From: Deltaproteobacteria bacterium
GTDB lineage: Bacteria > Desulfobacterota > Binatia > UBA9968 > JAJDTQ01
Direction of reading: 5' to 3'
DNA length: 64,000 nucleotides
Assembly: GCA_026712905.1 (NCBI GenBank)
Contig: JAPOPM010000145.1
Span: 954 to 64,953 of the forward strand
Shown in pieces: positions 36,927 to 45,354 of this stretch. Under the pieces are notes generated by a model, which was given only the letters and a program-made list of their open reading frames with translations, made no database searches and was not told the DNA's origin. Position numbers and translations under genes: made by a program. Within the stretch, counting starts at the first letter, position 1. The number at the start of each line of letters is the position of its first letter.

Positions 36927-37880
36927 CTAGTCCGCCGCCGTCCGCCGGCTCCATTCTATCCAGGAGCCATCATAAAGGTGTAATCTCTCCACCGGGAACC
37001 CCATCAGGTAGAGCGCGAAGAACGGCGTGGCGGCGCGCACGCCGGAGTGGCAATAGAAGATGTGATCGTGCCCGGGTTCGAATCCAACCTGTTGTAGCAG
37101 CGCGTCGATCTCGGCGGCGGTCCGGAACTCCGACGGCCGGCCTTGGTCCACCTTTCGGAAAGCCCGCCATCCGATGAAGCGGGCCCAGCCGATGCGCCCG
37201 GCCGGCAGGCCGCCGAGCCGCACCGACCCATCCCATTCCCTCACACTGCGAGTGTCCCAGACGTGAGTTCCCGCGTCCGAGCGGCCTCGGTGGACATCCG
37301 CCATATCGGCGGTCCAGCCGGCGACGGCGGGTGCTGCAACGAAATCCCCGGTGCTGGGGGCCGAATGTCCGCGACCGCGATCGACGTCGTAACCTGCCGC
37401 TTTCCAGGCGGTCAGGCCGCCGTCGAGCACCCGGACATCGGATTTCCCGTACAGGCGAAAGAGCCACCAGAGGCGTGCGGCGTCGTAGGTTTGGTCATAG
37501 ACGACGACGGTGGACTCGTTGTTGATACCGAGCCCGCGCGCGAACTCCTGGAAGCGCTCGCGGCCCAGCGCCATGCCGTCCCGGCCGGTGTAGGCGCGGC
37601 GCGGGGCATGGAAGGAGCCGGGAATATGCCCAACCAGCCAGGAGACCCGCCGGACCGCGGCCAGCACGATCGGTTTCGAAGCGGATCCATCCAGCATCGC
37701 CTTGACTTCGGCCGCCGTAACCAGAGCATGCCCGCGCGGGAAGCCCTTGTACGGCTCGGCATGCACGGGGCCCCACAGCAGCAGGAGGACCAGTGGCACG
37801 AGAATGGTGCGAAACGGCCTGCTTTCCTTCGGCGACAGCCAGCTTGCCTCGAAGATGTCGATGAAGTGTCTCATGTCCAT
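36927..37880 (-). CDS. thiosulfate/3-mercaptopyruvate sulfurtransferase (two-domain rhodanese), secreted
   Basis: Signal peptide (ILVPLVLLLLWGPVHA) and the catalytic rhodanese loop CHSGVRA. Confidence 0.8.
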   Translation of the reverse strand: MDMRHFIDIFEASWLSPKESRPFRTILVPLVLLLLWGPVHAEPYKGFPRGHALVTAAEVKAMLDGSASKPIVLAAVRRVSWLVGHIPGSFHAPRRAYTGRDGMALGRERFQEFARGLGINNESTVVVYDQTYDAARLWWLFRLYGKSDVRVLDGGLTAWKAAGYDVDRGRGHSAPSTGDFVAAPAVAGWTADMADVHRGRSDAGTHVWDTRSVREWDGSVRLGGLPAGRIGWARFIGWRAFRKVDQGRPSEFRTAAEIDALLQQVGFEPGHDHIFYCHSGVRAATPFFALYLMGFPVERLHLYDGSWIEWSRRTAAD

Positions 37881-38188
37881 GATCTTATTCGAACCATTCC
37901 TTATACCAACCCTTATTTCAATCGCCGCCGTTGAAGTCGAGGCGAGCGCATGGCGCTGAAGCGCGGGTTCGACGGTCAGGCGGTTCCTGCCCGCCAGCCA
38001 CCCGTCGACGTAGACCCAGGCGACCAGCGTTCTGTCGCGTCACCTGCACGTCGGGGTTGGTGTTCTCGGCGCGCAGCGAGAACGTGGTGCACACCCCGGC
38101 ACCCGGCTGCCGCGCCTTTACAATTCTTTACCTCTCGGACAAACGGCGGCAACCGCATGGCGGGACAGTGCATGGAGGAGGTGCTGCC

Positions 38189-38674
38189 ATGCGGATCAAT
38201 CCCCCGACCCTTTTCTGGATCCTGATCGCCGGGATCTTCGCGGTCCATCGCTTCTACCCCGTAATCCGGTTCGAACAGCCGGAGATCCCGTGGCTCGGTG
38301 CGGCGATCTTTATCCTCGGGATCACAATTTCAGCGGCCGGCAAGAAGAAGTTCCTCAGGGTCGGCACCAACGTCTACACGTTCGAGGAGCCGGGCGAGCT
38401 GGTCACGGACGGGCTTTACGGCAAGAGTCGAAACCCGATGTACCTGGGGCTGGTCCTGGCCGGGTTTGGGGCCGCGCTTGTTTCGGGGACGCTGGCGGCT
38501 GTCACCTTCAGTGCGATCTTCGGTCTCATGGTACGCTATTGGTATGTAGCCTACGAGGAGCGGGCGATGCGGCGGAAGTTCGGCGATCAATACGAAGACT
38601 ATTGCCGTAGGGTCCGGCGCTGGTTCGGGCGCCGGCGTGTGCCGCCGCGGGTGCACGCGTCGCAAGCCTCGTAG
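38189..38674 (+). CDS. isoprenylcysteine carboxyl methyltransferase (ICMT)/phospholipid methyltransferase-family membrane protein
   Basis: 161 aa, 4 TM. ICMT C-terminal motif RNPMYLG…EE (SAM-binding). GGAGGAG lies 9 nt upstream of the ATG. Confidence 0.75.
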   Translation: MRINPPTLFWILIAGIFAVHRFYPVIRFEQPEIPWLGAAIFILGITISAAGKKKFLRVGTNVYTFEEPGELVTDGLYGKSRNPMYLGLVLAGFGAALVSGTLAAVTFSAIFGLMVRYWYVAYEERAMRRKFGDQYEDYCRRVRRWFGRRRVPPRVHASQAS

Positions 38675-38685
38675 CAGGGGAAGCC

Positions 38686-39381
38686 ATGCCGCGCCTCTTG
38701 ATGATCGAGGACGATCGCGCCCTTGCTGACATGGTGGCCACCTACCTCGCCCAGGCGGGCATGACCCTCGAACATCGCGGAAACGCCGAGGAAGGGCTGG
38801 CGGCCGCCCTCGAAGGCGGCTACGACGCGGTAGTCCTGGACCTGATGCTGCCCGACGGCGAGGGCCTGGAGGTCTGCCGGGCGATTCGCGCCGGCTCCGC
38901 CGTGCCGATCCTGATGCTCACGGCCCGTGGCGAGGAGGCGGACCGCATCGTAGGCCTCGAGCTCGGGGCCGACGACTACCTGCCCAAACCCTTCAACCCA
39001 CGCGAGCTGCTGGCCCGCCTGCGCGCGATCCTGCGGCGCTTTGCAGGCGGCGATGAGCATGCCGAGCAACTGCGCTTCGGCAGGCTCACCATCGACCGCG
39101 CTGCCCGGCGGGTGCTGGTGGACGGCGAGGAGCGGTCGCTCACCGGCCACCAGTTCGATCTGCTCTGTGCCCTCGCCGAAAGCCCCGGACGCGTTCTCAG
39201 CCGCGATCAGCTCATGGACCGGGTGCGCGGAGAGGAGCTGGAGGCCTTCGACCGCAGCATCGACGTGCATGTCTCGCGGATACGGGCGGTCATCGAGGAC
39301 GACCCCAAACATCCACGCCGCATCGTCACCCTGCGGGGAGCGGGCTACCTCTTCACCCGCCGCCAGGACGAGAAACCATGA
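38686..39381 (+). CDS. OmpR-family response regulator
   Basis: Receiver domain (phospho-acceptor Asp in AVVLDLMLPDG) plus a winged-helix output domain (…LRGAGYLF). Confidence 0.9.
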   Translation: MPRLLMIEDDRALADMVATYLAQAGMTLEHRGNAEEGLAAALEGGYDAVVLDLMLPDGEGLEVCRAIRAGSAVPILMLTARGEEADRIVGLELGADDYLPKPFNPRELLARLRAILRRFAGGDEHAEQLRFGRLTIDRAARRVLVDGEERSLTGHQFDLLCALAESPGRVLSRDQLMDRVRGEELEAFDRSIDVHVSRIRAVIEDDPKHPRRIVTLRGAGYLFTRRQDEKP

Positions 39382-40400
39382 GAAAACGCCTTTTCCTCCG
39401 GATCTATCTGGCCCTCCTGGGCACTGTCGTGCTGTTCGGGGTGCTCGTTTCGGTGGCTTGGTGGCTGGGACACCTCGACCGCCCGGCCCGGGTGCTGCCC
39501 CACACGCCGGAATTCGGCTTCGTTGCCGCCCTGGTCATCCTCGCGCTGGCCGTCGCCATCGCCGCCTACCCCGTGGCCCGTCGCCTGACGCGGCGCCTGG
39601 AGCGGCTACGGACACGGGTCGATGCGCTGGGAGCCGGCGACCTTGCCACCCGGGTCGAGGTCGAGGGCAACGACGAGGTGGCCGAGCTGGCGCGCAGTTT
39701 CAACAGGTCGTCGGAGCGCATGCAGGCGCTGGTCAACGCCCAGCGCGACACGCTCGCGGCCGCGTCGCACGAGCTTCGTTCGCCCTTGGCGCGCATTCGC
39801 ATGGCCGTCGAGTTGTTGCCGGCCAACGGGGATCCGTCGCTGCGCGTCCGTGTGGAGCGGGACATCCGGGAGCTGGACGACCTGATCGAGGAGATCCTCC
39901 TGGCCGGACGCCTGAGGACCCTGGAGCGTCCCGCGCATCTGGAGGGCGTCGATCTCCAGGCGCTGGCCGCCGAGGAGGCGGCCCGAGCCGGAGCCGTGTT
40001 CGTGGGCGGACCGATGACGGTGGAGGGCGAATGCCGCCTGCTCGCCCGCCTGATACGCAATCTCCTCGAAAATGCCACGCGCCATGCGCCGGGAACCTCC
40101 ACCCTTGTGGATCTGGAGGCCGCCGAAGGACGCGCGGTCCTGCGCGTCTTGGACCGCGGCCCGGGCGTGGCGGAGACGGAGCGGGAGCGTATCTTCGAGC
40201 CCTTCTATCGCCGCCCAGGAGGTTTCGCGAGTGGGGAAGGAGATGATCGGAAGGGCAGCGGCCTGGGCCTCAGCCTGGTGCGCCAGATCGCGCGGCGCCA
40301 CGGCGGCGAGGCGAGCTGCCGGCCGCGCGACGGCGGCGGAAGCTGCTTCGAAGTGAGTCTGCCGCTCCGGCAGCAGCAGTGGCAGCCCGCGCCGCGGTGA
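39378..40400 (+). CDS. sensor histidine kinase (HAMP-HisKA-HATPase)
   Basis: Two TM helices; H-box AASHELRSPLARI; N, G1 and G2 boxes (NLLENATRHA, DRGPGV, GSGLGLSLV). It overlaps the RR stop. Confidence 0.85.
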   Translation: MRKRLFLRIYLALLGTVVLFGVLVSVAWWLGHLDRPARVLPHTPEFGFVAALVILALAVAIAAYPVARRLTRRLERLRTRVDALGAGDLATRVEVEGNDEVAELARSFNRSSERMQALVNAQRDTLAAASHELRSPLARIRMAVELLPANGDPSLRVRVERDIRELDDLIEEILLAGRLRTLERPAHLEGVDLQALAAEEAARAGAVFVGGPMTVEGECRLLARLIRNLLENATRHAPGTSTLVDLEAAEGRAVLRVLDRGPGVAETERERIFEPFYRRPGGFASGEGDDRKGSGLGLSLVRQIARRHGGEASCRPRDGGGSCFEVSLPLRQQQWQPAPR

Positions 40401-40422
40401 TCGCGGTCGTGCGCGAAAACGA

Positions 40423-40746
40423 TTGTCCCGCCACTGGCACGACGTCGCGCGGTTGGACGTGGCGGGATACGCCGGCAAGGCCCTCACCGACCGCGCGCTC
40501 GCGTTGTCGGTGGCCCGGCACAAGGGGACGTTCTTTCGCGAGAAGGACGTTGCGGGCCGGTGGATAGATTATGAGACCGCCGTTTCGGGCGGGCTGCAAC
40601 TGGTCCCGGACGGCTTCGCTCTGGACGCGCTCGGTGAGGACTACGGCAGAATGGTCTCAGACGGCATGCTGTTGGGCGATGCCGAACCGTTCGATGCGCT
40701 CATCGAGCGTTGCCGTGACCTTGAGGCGAGGGCCAATCTGGGCTGA
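40423..40746 (+). pseudogene. degraded duplicate of the abiEii 3' end (continues to about 40855 with the permease 3' end on the opposite strand)
   Basis: Translation SRHWHDVARLDVAGYAGKALTDRALALSVARHKGTFFREKDVAGRWIDYETAVSGGLQLVPDG… is about 85-90% identical to the C-terminus of the 34175-35191 gene. The following about 100 bp matches 35217-35300. Confidence 0.7.
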
Positions 40747-40874
40747 ACCTGAAAATGCCGTAGCGTTCACCCGACCAACGCCCCGAACCCCACCCCTGTC
40801 AAAATCGCGCCCGCGACCCCGAATCCCATGTAGGCGGCGAACTTCGGTCAGACTCGCGACGGCATGTTAGGCTA

Positions 40875-41912
40875 CTACAAGTCCGGCACCAGCACCGGCT
40901 TGAGCGCCTCCCCGTCCCGGATCAGCTCGAACCCGCGTGGCGCTTCGGAAAGCGGCAGGACGTGGCTTCGGACCGGGGCGAGATCGACGGCGCCGGCCGA
41001 GAGCAGTTCGGTAGCGCGCTGCCAGGTCTGCCAGATCAGGCGCCCGTGGATGTTGTGCATGACCGGGCATTTGAGCAGCCAGTAGGTGAAGTCCACGGGG
41101 ATGGCCGACGGCGGCGCGCCCACCAGCCGGAAGTCGCCGCCCTTGGCGAGGGAGGCGAAGACCGCGTTGAAGCCGGCTTCGGTGCCCGAGAATTCGATGC
41201 CGGCATCGGCGCCCGCACCGCCGGTCATGTCGCCCACCACGCTCGCCAACTCCTCGTTGCCGGCATCCACCGCGCGGTCGGCGCCCATGGTCTCGGCCGC
41301 GCGGAGACGGAGCGGGTTGATGTCGCAGGCGATGACCTTGACGGCGCCCAGGGCACGCGCGGCCGCCACCGCCATGAGCCCGATGGGGCCGCACCCGTTC
41401 ACCAGCACGGACAGCCCCGAGACGCCGGCGCCCGCGAGGCAGGCGTGGACGGCGATGCCGAAGGGTTCGAGCATGGCCGCGGTTTCGTGGGGAAGGCCGG
41501 GCGGATTCGCCCACGCGATGGACGCGGGCACGGTCAGGTACTCGGCGAACGCGCCGTCGATGTCGATGCCGGGGTAGCGGGTGTTCTCGCACAGATGGGC
41601 GCGCCCGAGCCGGCAGGACCGGCAACGGCCGCAGAAGATGTGGCTTTCGAGGCTCACCCGGTCGCCGGCCGCGAGACCTTCGACCCCAGGGCCGGCGGAC
41701 TCGACGGTGCCCGACGCTTCATGCCCCAGGACCCGCGGCAGCACCATGCGGCGCGCCATGCGCGGTGCCCAGTTGTAGATCTGCAGGTCGGTGCCGCAGA
41801 TCCCGGCGGCGCCCACCCGGATCAATATCTCGCCGGGGCCGGGTTCGCGCGGCTCCGTCTCGCGGACCGCGATGCCGCCCACCTCCGGCGCGATCTTCTG
41901 AAGGCTCAGCAA
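40875..41912 (-). CDS. Zn-dependent alcohol dehydrogenase (L-threonine 3-dehydrogenase-like MDR)
   Basis: GICGTD, GHEASG and structural Zn CGRCRSCRLGRAHLC. A TTG start is proposed (GGGAG SD) at LSLQKIAPEVGG. The track ORF is over-extended. Confidence 0.75.
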   Translation of the reverse strand: MLSLQKIAPEVGGIAVRETEPREPGPGEILIRVGAAGICGTDLQIYNWAPRMARRMVLPRVLGHEASGTVESAGPGVEGLAAGDRVSLESHIFCGRCRSCRLGRAHLCENTRYPGIDIDGAFAEYLTVPASIAWANPPGLPHETAAMLEPFGIAVHACLAGAGVSGLSVLVNGCGPIGLMAVAAARALGAVKVIACDINPLRLRAAETMGADRAVDAGNEELASVVGDMTGGAGADAGIEFSGTEAGFNAVFASLAKGGDFRLVGAPPSAIPVDFTYWLLKCPVMHNIHGRLIWQTWQRATELLSAGAVDLAPVRSHVLPLSEAPRGFELIRDGEALKPVLVPDL

Positions 41913-41920
41913 CGGGCTCC

Positions 41921-42427
41921 CTACAGGTGATAGATGTCCACCGGCCCTTCGAGCCGGTCGTCGATGAAGATGATCTTCTTGCGCGCGATCTTGAGCGCGC
42001 CGTCGATACGCAGGAACGTGTAGTCGTAGCGGCTGCCGCGGGTCTGTGCCCCCTTCTTGCCGTAGACGTGCACGATGCAGTTGGCGGTGGCCTCGACCGC
42101 GTCGCCCTCCGCGCGTTCCACCAGCACGTTGCCGATGACGTGCACCGTGCGGTCGAGTGGCAGCGAGGCCCAGGACTGGCGCGACTCGATGCGGAACACC
42201 CGGTCTTCGAGCCGGCCGCGGTCCTTGAGGTAGAGCAGGTTGAGCTGGGTCTCGGGATCGGTGGTGGTCTCCTCCTCGCTGGCCCAGGCCGGAGCCCAAT
42301 ACACGGCGTCCTCGGCGTAGAGTTCCAGCCACTCCTGCCAGCGGCGCCGGTCCAGCAGCATGGCCTCGCGGCTGATCAGCGCCGCCACCTCGCGCTCCAG
42401 CGCGGCGTCGATGCCGTTCGTGCTCAT
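41921..42427 (-). CDS. aromatic-ring-hydroxylating dioxygenase beta subunit (NTF2/SnoaL-like)
   Basis: 168 aa starting MSTNGIDAALEREVAALISREAMLLDRRRWQEWLELYAEDAVYWAP. Coupled to the alpha subunit by a 4-bp overlap. Confidence 0.8.
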   Translation of the reverse strand: MSTNGIDAALEREVAALISREAMLLDRRRWQEWLELYAEDAVYWAPAWASEEETTTDPETQLNLLYLKDRGRLEDRVFRIESRQSWASLPLDRTVHVIGNVLVERAEGDAVEATANCIVHVYGKKGAQTRGSRYDYTFLRIDGALKIARKKIIFIDDRLEGPVDIYHL

Positions 42428-43782
42428 CGGGCGTCCTGTCCGGCCAATGCGCCGCCCGCTCCGTTCTCGATCCGCTCCAGCCACGCCCGGTAGAAGCCGT
42501 GGAACATTCCCTCGTGCTCCCAGTCCGGGCAGGACGCCGCCGCCTCGAAGCCCAGTTCCCGGGCGTCCCGGTCGGGGCCGGCGACCATGACGTCCATGCC
42601 GCGGGTCATGTCGTTCCACTGGCTCGGCGGTCCCAGCGAGCCGTGCTGGATCGCTTCGAGCGCGGCGGCATCGTCCGACGTCGCCATCCCGGCCGTCAGG
42701 TAGAAATCCTCGAACTTCCTGAGGCGCGCGGCCCGCGCCGTGTCGCTCTCTCCCTTGGGCGCGATGCAGTAGACCGTGACCTCCGTCAATCGGGGCGACA
42801 CCGGCTTCACGAACCGGATCTGCGTCGACGGGTTGTCCATCAGCATCACGTTGGGAAACAGGTATAGGTTGCGGCCGCGGTTGAGGATCCAGTCCACTTC
42901 CGCCGGCTTGAGATTCTCTTCGAGCCACGCCCGCGCTTCGTAGATCGGGCGGACGTGCGGCGTGGTGTGCAGCGCCCACAGCCCCATGTGCCCGTTGCCC
43001 AGGTCGTAGGTGCCGCTGGGCACCTTGCCCTTGATGCGCCCGGACTCGGTCCGGCGCATGCCGCCCGTGGCGTCACGGGCGTCGCGCTGGGCCACGGTGG
43101 AGGCGAACACGCTGTGGAGGGTGGTCACGTGGTAGCCGTCGACGCTGTTCTCGGCCTGCAGCTTCCAGTTGCCGTGGACCGCGTAGGTGGAACAGCCGGG
43201 CACCACCTCCATCCCGTCCCGTCCCTGATCGGCCAGCAGGTCGATCCAGCGCGCCGCGGCCCCCAGATGGTCCCGGAGCGCGGGCACATCGCTTCTCAGG
43301 CTCCCGAACACGAACCCCTTGTAGGAGTCGAGGGCGCCGATCCGCTGGAGGTTGAAGCGTTCGCGCGCCCCTTCCGTGACCGGATAGCCGAGCTCCTCGT
43401 TCTTGATCTTGATGCAGTGTCCGGCGCGGTCGTACACCCAGCCGTGGAAACGGCAGGTGAGCACGTTGGCGTTCCCCCGCTTGAGCGGTGTCAGCACCGC
43501 GCCCCGATGGGAGCAGACATTGAGGAAGCAGCTCAGCGATCCATCCCGCTGGCGCATCACGAAGACCGGCTGGCGGCCGATTTCCGTCGACCAATAGTCG
43601 CCCGGCCTCTCCACCTGGCTTTCGTGGCAGAGAAAGACCCAGCCGCCCTCGAAGATGCGCTCGATCTCCGCCTCGAAGACCGCCTCGTCGGTGTAGACTG
43701 CCCGGTCGACGCGGAAGACTCCCTCGTCGACCCGGTCGTCCACCAAGTGGCGAAATCCGTTTCTGTCCGCGCCACGGTTCAT
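42424..43782 (-). CDS. Rieske non-heme iron oxygenase alpha subunit
   Basis: Rieske CSHRG…CRFHGW and the mononuclear iron site DGYHVTTLH. The start is chosen at the Met preceded by GAGGGA. Confidence 0.85.
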   Translation of the reverse strand: MNRGADRNGFRHLVDDRVDEGVFRVDRAVYTDEAVFEAEIERIFEGGWVFLCHESQVERPGDYWSTEIGRQPVFVMRQRDGSLSCFLNVCSHRGAVLTPLKRGNANVLTCRFHGWVYDRAGHCIKIKNEELGYPVTEGARERFNLQRIGALDSYKGFVFGSLRSDVPALRDHLGAAARWIDLLADQGRDGMEVVPGCSTYAVHGNWKLQAENSVDGYHVTTLHSVFASTVAQRDARDATGGMRRTESGRIKGKVPSGTYDLGNGHMGLWALHTTPHVRPIYEARAWLEENLKPAEVDWILNRGRNLYLFPNVMLMDNPSTQIRFVKPVSPRLTEVTVYCIAPKGESDTARAARLRKFEDFYLTAGMATSDDAAALEAIQHGSLGPPSQWNDMTRGMDVMVAGPDRDARELGFEAAASCPDWEHEGMFHGFYRAWLERIENGAGGALAGQDAR

Positions 43783-44013
43783 CTCGTCCCTCGTCCGTTC
43801 ATTCGGCGGCATCGCCGTGCGTTGCCCCGTGACTGTAGTCCGGGTACACAATTGCATGTTAAACGCTACGAGTCCACTTTTGACACGGACGACTCGGATA
43901 CCTTTGTTTTCAATACGAAATATTACCGTAGGTTGCATAAAATATTGTCAGAATGAATAATGAGCCGAGGAACAAACGCCGAAACTGCCAAGGAATTGAC
44001 AAGGTTGGATTGA

Positions 44014-45354
44014 ATGACGGAAAGCGTTTCCATTCTCGCCATTGGTGACGTGCATTTGGGCACGGTCTGTTCGGGCGTGCCCGAAGGGATCGCGGCCCGC
44101 GGCGTCGACCCGAATGCGTTGACGCCGGCCGCCGCCCTTGGGCGTTGCGTCGACCTGGCGATCGCCGAGCAGATCGACGCCGTGCTGTTCGCCGGCGACG
44201 TGGTGGAGAGCACCAATGCCCGGTTCGAGGCCATGGCGCCCCTTGAGGAATGCGTCCGGCGTCTGGTGGATGCCGGAATCGATGTGATCGCGGTTGCCGG
44301 CAACCACGACGTCGAGGCCTTGCCGCGCCTCGCGGCCCTGATCGACGGCTTCACGCTGTTGGGCGCAGGCGGACGGTGGCAAACGCAGACGTTGCTGAAG
44401 GACGACGCTCCGGTGGCGCAGGTAGTGGGCTGGTCCTTCGGTCAATCTCGTGTGCACCACAGCCCGGTGGCGGAGCTTCTGAAGCAGCGGCCTTCCGAGC
44501 CGTCACCGATTCCCAGGATCGGTCTGCTGCACGCGGATCTGAACGCAACCGGCGGACCCTACGCGCCCATCCGGCAGTCCGAGCTGGACGATACCGGGTA
44601 CGGGGCCTGGCTTCTGGGTCACATCCACAAGCCCTCGCTCCAGAATCTCTCCGGGTCGCCAGCGACCCGGCCGTGCGGCTATCTGGGTTCCCTCGTCGGG
44701 CTCGACGCCTCGGAAACGGGTCCTCACGGCCCTTGGCTCCTGCGGGTGTCCAACGACGGCAACATCGAATGCAGGCAGATCCCGCTGGCGCCCCTGCGAT
44801 GGGAAGAGCTGGTCGTGCGCGTGGACGGGCTGGAGCATGTCGACGATGTCCAGGACCACTTGATGAGCGAGGCGGAGCGACTCGTAGGCCGGCTCGGGGA
44901 AGACGCCACTCTTCCCCGAGCCCTCGGTCTCCGCGTGCAACTGGCGGGGACCAGCGCATGCCATGAGGAGATCCGGCAGTGGGCCGCCGCCGGCGAGTGG
45001 AGTTCGATGGGGCGGGTCGTCGAGGGCACGGCCGTCTTCGTCAACAGGGTCATCGACGCCATGGAGTCGCGGTTGGACCTTGCCGAGATCGCGTCGGGAG
45101 ACGATCCCGCCGCCCTGTTGGCGCAACGCCTCCTGACGCTGGGGCGCCACGATGACCGATCGCGGATACTGCTCGACGAGGCGCGCGCGGATCTGGACCC
45201 ACTCGCGCGGGAACTCGTGTGGCAGCCCGTCGAGGAACACCGCCATGCCGTGGACCCCCTGTCGGACGAGCCCTTGCGCGAGGTCCTCCTGAGGGCGGGA
45301 ACGGCGGTGCTCAGCGCCATGGTCGCCGGCCGCGAGCAAGGCGGTTCCACGTGA
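44014..45354 (+). CDS. sbcD: Mre11/SbcD-family metallophosphoesterase nuclease with about 170-aa C-terminal extension
   Basis: Phosphoesterase motifs I-V: ILAIGDVHLG, FAGDVVE, VAGNHD, LGHIHKP. Coupled by GTGA to the downstream ATPase. Confidence 0.75.
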   Translation: MTESVSILAIGDVHLGTVCSGVPEGIAARGVDPNALTPAAALGRCVDLAIAEQIDAVLFAGDVVESTNARFEAMAPLEECVRRLVDAGIDVIAVAGNHDVEALPRLAALIDGFTLLGAGGRWQTQTLLKDDAPVAQVVGWSFGQSRVHHSPVAELLKQRPSEPSPIPRIGLLHADLNATGGPYAPIRQSELDDTGYGAWLLGHIHKPSLQNLSGSPATRPCGYLGSLVGLDASETGPHGPWLLRVSNDGNIECRQIPLAPLRWEELVVRVDGLEHVDDVQDHLMSEAERLVGRLGEDATLPRALGLRVQLAGTSACHEEIRQWAAAGEWSSMGRVVEGTAVFVNRVIDAMESRLDLAEIASGDDPAALLAQRLLTLGRHDDRSRILLDEARADLDPLARELVWQPVEEHRHAVDPLSDEPLREVLLRAGTAVLSAMVAGREQGGST

